Part shown: positions 44,267 to 56,903 of the stretch, one piece after another
Numbering within the stretch: position 1 is the stretch's first letter
How the letters are laid out: each line of letters opens with the position of its first letter
Assembly: GCF_001194135.2 (NCBI RefSeq)
Contig: NC_068990.1
Location: forward strand, 14,963,486-15,027,485
From: Octopus bimaculoides
Lineage: Eukaryota
Direction: 5' to 3'
Length of the DNA stretch: 64,000 nucleotides
Position numbers and translations under genes: made by a program
The notes under the pieces: generated by a model
Database searches by the model: none
Told to the model about the DNA's origin: nothing
The model's input: only the letters and a program-made list of their open reading frames with translations

Positions 44267-47200
44267 TCAACTGATGTAAAGAAATGTTTGATGAAAATGT
44301 GTTTGATAAAAAAAAAAGAACAGTAATAGTACAAACTTCTGGTCAGGGTTTCCGTTGCTTCTAATCACACTCCCAGCCTTGCATCTAAATTTTCTATAGA
44401 ACTACAATTGCTTACCATGTGTTACCTTTCTGTAATATGTACTGTAATCATCTAGAGGAGTTTTGTGTCATTGTTTCATTAGTATATCAGTGGTCTGTTG
44501 AAATGTAAATTGATTGTGTAGTTTCTTTTTCTATAGACTACCAAACAAATACGAAACAATAATCCTGATGCTATTATCAAGATACCTTTTGGTACCACAG
44601 TCAACAATGTAAAATTACGATTTCACTCTGTTAAACCAGAATGCCAGATAGCTGTAACAGTATCAATTCTTGGATGTTTTGTATCACGTAAGTGTGACTT
44701 AAGCTGTCATATAGAGATTTTAGTAGAATTTGGCTGGGTGCAATCAGATTCATGACAACTGATCTTCTTTAATAAAATTGTTAAACTTAATGTGATATAA
44801 AAAAAATATCTTGCAACAATATATTATATAATTATTAATCAAGCTGACAGAATTGTTATCCTGCAGTGAGCATTTCATCTGTCTTTACATTCAGAATTCA
44901 TATTTCATCAAGGTCAAAGGCAGCAAGCTGGCTGAATCATTAGCATGCCCGGCAAAATGCTTAGCAGCATTGTGTCTGCTGTTACGTTCTGAGTTCAAAT
45001 TCCGCCAAGGTCGACTTTGCCTTTCATCCTTTCAGGGTCGATAAATTAAGTACTAGTTATGCACTGGGGTCTATGTAATTGACTTAATCCCTTTGTCTGT
45101 CCTTGTTTGTCCCCTCTATGTTTAGCCCCTTGTGGGGCAATAAAGAAATAAGAATCATTAGCTGTATTTCTCCCATTGCTACATTCTGAGTTCAAATTCC
45201 ACCAAGGTCAACTTTGCCTTTCATCCTTTGTGGGGGGGGGAGCAATAAATTAAGTACCAGTTGTGTACCGGTGTCAATCTAATCAACTGGCCCCTCCCCC
45301 CAAATTTCAGGCCTTGTGTCTGTAGTAGAAAGGATATTTCATCAAGGTCAGCTTTGCCTTTCGTCCTTTTGGGGTCAATAAAATAAGTACTAATTTAATA
45401 CTGGGGGTCAATGTAACTGACTTACTCCCCACCTCCCTGTAACTGCTCACCTTGTACCAAAATCTAAAATCAATATTTATTAATCTGAAGGTAACAAGCT
45501 GGCAGAACTGTTAGCATACTGGGGAAAATGCTTAGTGGTATTTCATCCATGCTTATGTTCTGAGTTCAAATTCTACTAGGGCGACTTTGACTTTCGTCCT
45601 TTCAGGGTTGTTAAAAGAAGTACTAGTTGAGTACGGGGGTTGGTGAAATTGCTGGTCTTGTGCCAAAATTTTAAATCAATATTTATTATAATCTGATTTT
45701 TCTTGAATTTCTTCCCTCTAGAATCTACAACTGAAGCAGCAACAACAGCAACAGGTAAATAGCTTATAATCTCCACAATTTTACTGTAACTTCAGTTTCA
45801 CAGTTTCAGATTACTTAGAGATAACAGAGTGGATAGTGTTTGAATAATAATAATAATAATAGTAATAATAATAATAATAATAGAAACCTCTTGTTTATGA
45901 GAGAATTAAAATATATTAGGTGCAGGCATGGCTTCCACACCACATGGTTCTGGATTCAGTCCCACTGTGTGACACCTTGGGCAATTGTCTTCTTCTTCTA
46001 CAGCCTTGGGCCAACCAAAATCTTTTGAGGGAATATGGTAGATGGAAAGTGAAAGAAGCCCATTGTGTGTGTGCATATATATATACATGTGTGTGTGTGT
46101 ATCTGTGTGTGTGTGTGTTACTGTATCTTTGTCTTAACATCATATGATAGTTGTAACCATGTGTTACTGTCATGCAAGCATGGAAAAGTAGATGTGAAAA
46201 CAATGATAATAACGATACTGTTCTATATTATAGCATAATGATTAACAGTGCGGGCTACTAACCCCAAGGCTCCGAGTTCAATTGCAGGCAGTACCTTGAA
46301 TAAATAATAATAATAATAACATCAGCAAAAAAATACCTTAGGAATGAGAACCTAGGGTTGGGTTCAAAATTCCACCAGGACACCTGATGAGGGCTGGAGA
46401 GTAAATCAGCCAAAACGTTGTTGTAACTACAAACAAGATGAGGACACATATCCGTCCAATGTAAATAATGTAAATAATGTATGATGATAACAATGATGAC
46501 AATGATTAGAAATATTCTTTTGAATATGACTAAATTAATAATGTCTTCATTCATGTGATTATGAAGATGTTACAGAGAAATAGTTTTAGTGAAGAAATCT
46601 ATTTTTAGTAAATTCCTTCCATCAGGAATATATAGTTGTTATTTGTACCATCCTTATATTATTTCTTACTGTTATAGCTTATGTCATCTTGCATTGTTAC
46701 CCCTTTTTTTCTGTCCTGTCCCCATTTGGTTTTTAATTGTTTGTGAATGTTTAAGTGTTGAAATGTTTGTGAATTTCTGTAAATTTAGAGTTGAAAGAAT
46801 TTATTTTCAGTATTTTTGCTTTAACCAATTGAATAAATAATGTTGTTTTCTTCATCTTTTAATACAGAATCCTGGTGTGTGATGAATGATGGTTTAGCTG
46901 ATGCTTCATTGATAAGAAGTTGGGACATTAAGACTTCAAGCAATCAAGAACATGTAAATTCCATCAGACCAGGTGGAAAAGGCTGGAAACCTGATGCCAG
47001 TGACACTAAACGTACTGTAACAATTTTTGTTGGAGATGCTTTAAGATATGGAGCAACAATAAGATTACCCCGTGCCAAATATGTGGAGAAGTTTGATGTG
47101 ATACTCAGTGATGGAAAGGTAAATTAGATCCTGATTTCTAATAATTATGGTATTAAACATTTGTCATTTTTGTAGAGTTGCTGTAGAATAGTTCAGTTTC

Positions 47201-50200
47201 AAAAGAGGGGAGAATGCAGTATTATCTGGCATCACAAAATTGAAGTAGCCTTCTTTGTTTTTAGTGATATAAATTTCAACCTTGCTTTCACCTTTTCTTC
47301 TGGCTGGTAGCAAACAACAAGGTATGTTTCATTAAATGATGAATAAAATGTGAGAAAGGTAAACCAATCTTAACATATATTGACATCTTCAAAGCCTGCA
47401 ATGGGCACAAGAAGATAGATAGCTGATTTTATAATTCATTAACAAGAAGAAATTAAACCAGAGTTAGTATTTTAATTTATTAAATTAATTTATACTAAAA
47501 CATCTGATGTAAATATGTTTACTTAAAAAATTAATTGCATAAAACTGTATTTGTTTCTTCTGCATGACAAATTTTTTAAATTGTATAAATCTAGATTCAT
47601 ATCCTTGTACATGTATATTTTCATGTTATGATGTATACTGAAGTGTATCTATTCATCCACTTCAGAAAATGTTTAATGAAATGGCTTTGATAAATAATTA
47701 AGCTTTCATTAACAATAACTTTCAGTCAAAGATTCTTCTTTTCTTATCATTGATTTGTATTTCTGTAACTATCCTTGTGTGTGAGTTTTCCCTTTCTGTA
47801 ATATTTACAATAATTATCAAGAAAATTCTTCTTTAACTGTTTGTGGTTCTAAAGTAAATTTCTAAAATATTCAATGTTAACAATCCTATATCTCTTTCTA
47901 CAGAATACCAAACACATTCGGAACAACAAACCTGATGCTATTATCAAAATACCTTTTGGTACCACTGTCAACAGTATAAAAATACGATTTCACTCTGTTA
48001 AACCAGATTGCCATATAGTAGTAACAGTATCAATTCTTGGATGTTTTGAATCACGTAAGTGCAACGAAACATTTCCAAAATATTTAATAATATATTATTT
48101 AACAAAATATTATTTAACAATATATTATTTCTGTGTGCAATCATATTTATGATAAATGATATAGTCTATTCTGTACAATGAAGAACATACTATCTAATCC
48201 TATTTAAGAAAATTCTAAATTTATGCTTGATAGAAAATAACATGGTAAAATATGGTTGTTTTTAAGCATGAGATCTAATTGTAGTTTTATGCCTTCTCTC
48301 TAGAATCTACAACAGAAGCAGTAACAACAGCTACAGGTACGTAGTTTAGAGTTTCAACAATTGCAATATAAAGACAGATCTGGATTAAAAAGTAATTTGC
48401 ATTTTGATGTATCTTGGGAGGGTCATTAGATGAATAATAAGCACACATGCACTGGTTTTAATTAATTTCTTTTATTATTATTAGTCAATTTTCTTTTATT
48501 ACTGTTAGTCAATTTAACTATTTAACCAATTAATTAATTGATTCTTTGATTAATCATTAATTAACTGAACAATTAATCAAACAGTCGATTAGTTAATCAG
48601 TTAAATAGTTAACCAATTGACAAATAAATAATGAAGAAGTGAATACAACCAGTGTATGTGTTTACCATTGGCATAATGACCCTCCTTGAGATACAGCAAA
48701 ATATGTTTCAACATATGAGTTCACATTAAAAATTTTGCAAACTAGATAAAAATTTAAAAAATAATAACTTAAAATTGTATGGAAATATAGACTGTGATTC
48801 TTTACGTTATAGGTTAAGAATAATATTTACCAAATATTTTGGGGTTCATTAGAGGATTTAAAATAATTTCTTATAAACATCTAAATCATTTTTGATTCTC
48901 AGTCATGTGGCAATAGGATGTTACAGGAAATGCAAACTTGTATTTTAAGCAAATATATTCCATTTTGAACATATTGGTTCCTTTGATTTTTAATTTTCCT
49001 TATTCTTTCATTTTGTCATTCCTAATAAGTGTGTGTTTGTTTAGCTATTATTTAGATGATCCTGTGTTTGTGTATGTGAGAATGTGTGAAGAAAGTGTGA
49101 GATAAAAACAAGCTATGTTTCACATAGTGGCATTCACTAATGAAATAATGTTGTTTCCTTCATCTCTTCATACAGAATCCTGGTGTGTGATGAATGATGG
49201 CTTAGCTGATGCTTCGTTGATAAGAAGTTGGAACATTAAGACTTCAAGCAATCAAGAACATGTAAATTCCATCAGACCAGGTGGAAAAGGCTGGAAACCT
49301 GATCTCAGTGACACTAAACGTACTGTAACAATTTTTGTTGGAGATGCTTTAAGATATGGTGCAACAATAAGATTACCCCGTGCCAAATATGTGGAGAAGT
49401 TTGATGTGATACTCTCTGATGGACAGGTAAATTAATATCCTCTTCGAAAATGTTTTATCATTTTAAACCAATCAGATGTTATGTTATGTATTGGAAGTAA
49501 ATGTGTTTGTTGTATTAAAAGATGATTATTATTAAATGTCGTTGCTTTATCTAGTTATTACTATTTTTTAGTTGTAGCAATATACACCCATATACACACT
49601 TGTATATAATCATATGCTATGGTGCATATTCTAATTGCATGATTACATGGCTAATTATTTATGTTGACTTGTCATCCATTTATACACTTCAAAATATTTA
49701 CTGCAAAAACTTTGTCAAATAATTCTTTCTTTCATTAAAATTAATGTTCAATGAGAGATTTCTCTTTTGTTCTATTCATCAATTATCAATGATCTCTTTT
49801 ATATCAGTTTTGTCTTCCTGAAATGCCTGCAATATGAATCCTTTGAAGTCATTTCTCTCACATGTTTACAGTTAATGTAATTTTCTGAAACAGACACTAT
49901 CAATTATGCCTATATGTCTTTACAGAATACCAAGCATATACGAAACAACAAGCCTGACTCTATTATCAAGATACCTTTTGGTACCACAGTCAATAGTATA
50001 AAACTACGGTTTTACTCTGTTAAACCAGATTGTCAGATAGCTGTAACAGTATCAATTCTTGGATGTTTTGAATCACGTAAGTGCAATTGTAGTGTTCAAT
50101 ACAGTTTTACTTTATGAAATTGCATTTGTAACAGCTGCTATTATATACTATATACTGTTTAAAAAATGCTTATGTAATGCAAGGTAAAATTGTTACAACT

Positions 50201-53200
50201 TGCAATAGAGTATTGTGTATTTGTTAATATGTAAGGAATCTAATTTTCTTTAATATCTTCCTTCTAGAATCTACAACTGAAGCAGCAACAACAGCAACAG
50301 GTATGTAGTTTTGCATTTACACAATTGCTATATAAACACATGTCTTTTTTATATACATAATTGTAGAAGAAAACACACAGCACTTTATTTGTGTTAAATT
50401 TTTGCCAGAAGGGCAGCTTGGAGGAGGGGGATTAAGTCAATTACATTGACCCAAGTGCATAACTGGTACTTATTTAATTGATCCTGAAAGGACGAAAGGC
50501 AATGTCGACCTTGGTGGAATTTGAACTCAGAACATAACAATGGGTGAAATATCACTAAGCATTTTGTCTGGCATGTTAACGATTCTGCCAGCACGCCACC
50601 TTATATGCTAAGAATAATACATACCAAATGACTTTAGTTCATTATAGTATTAAAAATACCATGGAATTCTTTTTTAAATACAACTTTGATAAATGCAGCA
50701 GTGAACATTAAGGATTTTTCATTAATTGATTGGTACATTTTCATCCAGTTAGTGGTATGAATCACTTTTGCTGACAAACAAGCTTGCTATGTCACTTTTG
50801 ATCAACCAATGTTACTTCTTCATCTTGATATGTGTTTTTCCTCTTAAGCATCTTAGGACAAGTATTTTAGATTGTACTGCTGTCTATATAAATTAGCCAT
50901 TTTGGCTTGTTGCGGGTATGAATGCCCAGAATGTACTAAATACTGAATCATAGCTCTTAAGTATCCATTTTCATTTTTTGCTAAATAAAATCAACATCTT
51001 TTGCTGTCATTTGAATAAGGTTTGCATTTCTGTAAAGCCTTCATTTGATGTCATTGTCTGCAGTCTTTTCCTCCAGCTACCATATATAGTTGGCTAGTAT
51101 GGTGACGTTTTGCTTCTTGAAGGTCCTTAAGGATGTTGTGTGATTCTAGAGACTATTTATATGTTTGTATTGAATTTTGGAAGAGTTGCTTTCCTAATAA
51201 AAGCACACACTAACTCTATTTCATATTTTATTATTAATCAGCTAGTTAACTAATAAATCATATGACTAAAGATCGTTTCACCAATCATTTAATCAATCAA
51301 ATAGTTGGTTTCTATTTATTGCTATTCATGACCCCATCGATGACTTGTCTTTGATCCAGCTTTGTCACAATTTATCAATGTGGGATATAATGGCTTTTAT
51401 TTCAGCACTTATAGTTTTTTGGAATGAACATTTTATTTGGATAAGTGTTTTATGCATTTGTGTTTTGGTTGGTTAATGTCTGTATGTATGTGTATATTTG
51501 CCTGTGTGCTGCTTATACCTGTGTGTTGGTGTTTTGATATTTTTAAATACAAAAGTAATATATATTTGTATATGTGTGTATAGGATGTTGTTTGAGGGCA
51601 CATTGTCTGCTCATATTGAAGTTCACTTGGAGCAACCAAGAGATACATTATTAACTTTCTTGTTTCTAAACATAAAACAACTGAAGAAAAGTCCATGTAT
51701 ATTATTCTTGAGAGATATTTTACCAAGATTTCATTGACTGAAATTAATTCTCCACATTTTACATGAGTACATATTATACAGGAAAAAACGACATACAGGT
51801 AGCAGCCTTTTCCCAGATACATAATCTCTGGTATTATTTCATTTTCTTGCTGTTTCTCTCCTTTTAATTATATCCTTGTTTATCTATTTTTTTATATATC
51901 TTTGAATATGTGTGTATATTTACATAGGTTTGTAATCTTGAACAAATAACGTTATATACTTCATCTCTCCATACAGAGTCCTGGTGTGTGATGAATGATG
52001 GCTTAGCTGATGCTTCATTGATAAGAAGTTGGGACATTAAGACTTCAAGCAATCAAGAACATGTAAATTCCATCAGACCAGGTGGAAAAGGCTGGAAACC
52101 TGATGCCAGTGACACTAAACGTACTGTAACAATTTTTGTTGGAGATGCTTTAAGATATGGTGCAACAATAAGATTACCCCGTGCCAAATATGTGGAGAAA
52201 TTTGATGTGATACTCAGTGATGGAAAGGTAAAGTAATATACTACTTTATAATAATCATTATTTTAAATTAATTAATCATTTGTAATTTTTATATTGTTTA
52301 TGTGAAATAAATATGTTCGATATAATTAAAAGTATTAATAGATTGCTTTGCCTTATTTTTCATATGAACTTTTCACACAGTATTTATCCACAGATATTTA
52401 TGTATAATCAAATGCTATAATATATATTATCAGTGATTCTCTCCTTACTACACTCAACAATTATCTCTTGTTTGTCAACTCTTGAACATCAGTTTTACCT
52501 TTCTGTAGTATCATCGATCATTACCTGGAAATGTCTCTTATATAATTTTACATTAGTATAGTGCTGTTTTATTGTGTCATAAGATATATACCTTTTGCAG
52601 AATACCAAGCATATACGAAACAACAAACCTGATGCTATTATCAAGATACCTTTTGGTACCACAGTAAGCAGTGTAAAATTACGATTTCACTCTGTTAAAC
52701 CAGATTGCCGGATAGCTGTAACAGTATCAATTCTTGGATGTTTTGTATCACGTAAGTTTGATAGCAATTTTCAGTACAGTATTATTATATAAAACCACAT
52801 TTGTAATAGAAATTCTATCCTATATACTAATTAATCCTATTCATCAAAGTAATTAAATCATAAGAATGAAAGTGATTGATTGGTAAAACTAGTTTTACTT
52901 AACAAAAGCAAAATTAATAAGTCAATAAAATTGGTGTTTGTAGAAAGGAAGGATTCCCAGTCTGTTTAAGAGGCTAATATTAATAAAAGTTTGGCACAAT
53001 GCCAGTAATTTCAGGAAAGAGGTAAGTTGATTATATTAACCCTAGTGTTCAACTATTACTTATTTTATCAATCCCGAAAGGATGAAGAGCAAAGTTGATC
53101 TTAGTAGAATTTGAACTCAGAACGATACTGCCGAGCTCACCACCTTATCAATATCACTAATATCAATAATGAATGACAATTGTCTATTTATATTTGCTTG

Positions 53201-54259
53201 TGGAGGTAGAGACTATAAAAATACAAAGAACCAAGAGTATATTTCCTTTGCTTTAAGACTCTAAGTTGGAAACATGAGAAAATAGCTTTAATAGTAAAAG
53301 CTTCAGTGCAATTTTTAAATTATTGAAATAAAACATGCAATATCAAACTATATATAATTGTTTTTATGAATTGAGTAACTTTGTAAATATAATTTAATTT
53401 GTTTTGTTTTGTTTTTTAATATTTTCTCCCTAGAATCGACAACTGAAGCAGCAACAACAGCTACAGGTATGTGATTAAAAATATTTCATAATTGCAAAAT
53501 AAATCTGCTTGATTCTCATGCAGAGAGCACACCTGGATTATTTGAGCAAGTTTCTTTATTTAATTATGTCCATGTTTATGTGTATATGAGTGTGCATGCC
53601 TGTGTGCACATAAATGTGAGTTTAAAATGTAAGATAAGAAAAATATGTTTTATATTCTAGGCTTAAATAATCAAACAAAACTACTTTCTTCATCTCTTCA
53701 TACAGAATCCTGGTGTGTGATGAATGATGGCTTAGCTGATGCCTCATTGATAAGAAGTTGGGACATTAAGACTTCAAGCAATCAAGAACATGTAAATTCC
53801 ATCAGACCTGGTGGAAAAGGATGGAAACCTGACGTCAGTGACAAAAAACGTACTGTAACAATTTTTGTTGGAGATGCTTTAAGATATGGTGCAACAATAA
53901 GATTACCCCGTGCCAAATATGTGGAGAAATTTGAAGTGATACTCTCTGATGGACAGGTAAATTATATTCTTATTATAGAGATATTTCATTATTTTAAATT
54001 AAGTAATCATTTGTTATTTTTATATTGTTTTTGTGAAGTAAATATGATTAATGTATAAATAAAAATAAGAGATTGTATTGTCTTATTTTGCTCATCACCC
54101 TTTCACACAGGATTTTGTGTGTGTGTGTATACAAATGCGTATATATAGTCAAATGCTATAATATATATTCTAATTGAGTTATTATATAGCTATGATTAGT
54201 TATTCACATTCAGTTTTCATTCCATTATACATTTCTAAGTAGTTAATACTTATTATTAA

Positions 54260-54294
<35 letters not shown>

Positions 54295-54300
54295 TTATTA

Positions 54301-54334
<34 letters not shown>

Positions 54335-54348
54335 CATTATTATTATTA

Positions 54349-54391
<43 letters not shown>

Positions 54392-56851
54392 GGCTTGGCT
54401 GGGTTCCAACCTAGGCTGCAGCAACAAAGCCTGCCTGTCATACTTCTCAGTCCAATATTGCTGCCTCAAGGTCCTGGATACAGTTGTCACTGTGTGACGA
54501 TGTTTTCCTCTTCTTACATCACCATGAATTGGGTTCCACAAGACCAATTTAGATGTTTCCAGTTCAGAGCAGTGCATGCAGTAACTAGATAGTCGCAGCT
54601 GTCTTTGCCTGATCTTCTCGCTAACTTTTGGCAGATCTCCATAAAGGTATTCATTTGTCATATGTTGCTAGGGCAATTGGTAACATTCTTGAGTAGCAGC
54701 CATCTAGCCCATTTGATAATTTGTTTGTCAGTGTCCATGTTTCACTACTGTGTATGAGCACTGATTCAACAGTTGCAATCAACAGCTTGATTTTAATTTG
54801 CCTGGGTAATTTGGAGTTGCAGACCTTACTTACTTAGTGACAGGCTGTCCATGCTTGTGCCATCCTGTGCTTCTGAACTGCTCACCCAATCACCTAAGTT
54901 AGTTTTCAACAACACTCAATTTTGAACTGCTCAAAGCAAACAGTTCACAAACACATAACTAATCATGATCAGTCGCTTGTTATATGCATAAATGATCTCT
55001 TGTGTAACAACTCCTTTACATCAGATTTATCTTTCTTTAGTATTCACAATAATTACATGTAAATGCTCACTTTATAGTTTTACACTATTATATTGGCATG
55101 TTTTATTATAAATATGTAATATTAACTAACCTATATGTCTTTTACAGAATTCCAAGCATATGCGAAACATTAAACCTGATGCTATTATCAAGATACCTTT
55201 CGGCACCACAGTCAACAGTGTAAAATTACGATTTCACTCTGTTAAACCAGATTGCCAAATAGCTGTAACAGTATCAATTCTTGGATGTTTTGAATCACGT
55301 GAGTATGATCGTAGTTATATAAAACCATATTTATTACAAATGATATTATATATCAAGTACTATTTAATTTTATCCATCAAAATATTCAAATTATAAGCAT
55401 TAATGTGAATGGTAAAATTAAACTTACTTTGCAAAAGTAAAACAAATGATCCAATCAAAATAGAGCTTCTGTAAATAAAGGGTTTACTGGCATCAATCGT
55501 GGGTTGTAACTGTTAATTTATATTTCTTGGTGGACCTAGAAATAATAAAAACAAGAAAAACTTTGCCTTAATAACTATACAAACTATACTATAACTTTGA
55601 TTTGGAACCATGAGAAAATGGTTTTAACAGAAAAATAGTTTTGATATATTTTTTAAATTATTAAATTTAAACATGCAACGGCACACTATATACAATTGTT
55701 TCTATGCTTTGAATATAAATTTTTAAAATTTGATTTAATTTTAATACAGTTGTTCTTTAATATCTTCCCCTCAGAATCTACAACTGAAGCAGCAACAACA
55801 GCTACAGGTATGTAGTTTAAAAAGTTCACATCTACAAAATAATATGTTTGTTTCTCATGCTGTGAGGGGACCAGCATGTCAAAGAATAGACCCAACATTT
55901 CCTCTGTGTGTCATAAAAAGTAACTAGAAGAGGTTGAGGTAGGATTTGTACTCTGACCTAATAAAACCTTCACCAGCAATGACTATCCAAACAAACCCAG
56001 GGTTTGTTGCCTGAGTGGTATGAAGGAGTCATCTGCCAGGAATAGGGAGTCACCAGCAAATGGTGGATACAACGATGTACTGTTACAGTGCATGGTCCCA
56101 TAGCCCTAATACTACTCATGCAAAAGGTACACTTAGGTTATTTCTCCAAAAACTGTTATTTCAATATATCCATGTTTAAGTATATATGTGAATGTATATA
56201 TGCGTGTGTACATGCAAGTGTAAAATGAAAGATAAAATAAACATTATCTTTGGCCTTAACTGATTGAACAAATAATGGTGTTTCTTTCATCTCTTAATAC
56301 AGAATCCTGGTGTGTGATGAATGATGGTTTAGCTGATGCTTCATTGATAAGAAGTTGGGACATTAAGACTTCAAGCAATCAAGAACATGTAAATTCCATC
56401 AGACCAGGTGGAAAAGGCTGGAAACCTGATGTCAGTGACAAAAAACGTACTGTAACAATTTTTGTTGGAGATGCTTTAAGATATGGTGCAACAGTAAGAT
56501 TACCTCGTGCCAAATATGTGGAGAAGTTTGATGTGATACTCTCTGATGGACAGGTAAATTGTAAACTAATTTATAGTAATGTTTATTATTCTAGATTAAG
56601 AAATCATTTGTAATTTCAATTTTGCTGCTTTTTGATGAAAACGTGTTATATATAAATAAATGTAATAACAGTTTGATTGCATTACCTTATTTTGCACATT
56701 GCCTTTTCATACAAGATATACATATACATGCATATATATATATGACATACGTACATACATACCTACATATATGCATACATACATCATCATCATCGCTATG
56801 CATGCCTGGAAGACAGACACTGAACAATGATGATAATGATGATAAAGTATG

Positions 56852-56903
<52 letters not shown>

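Noticed and set aside
32693-46290. tRNA genes
   Set aside because: Only B-box-like SINE heads; no complete cloverleaf found.
47307-47327. Possible extra micro-exon AG/CAAACAACAAG/GTATGT
   Set aside because: 11 nt, frame-breaking, poor acceptor and no paralog in other units.
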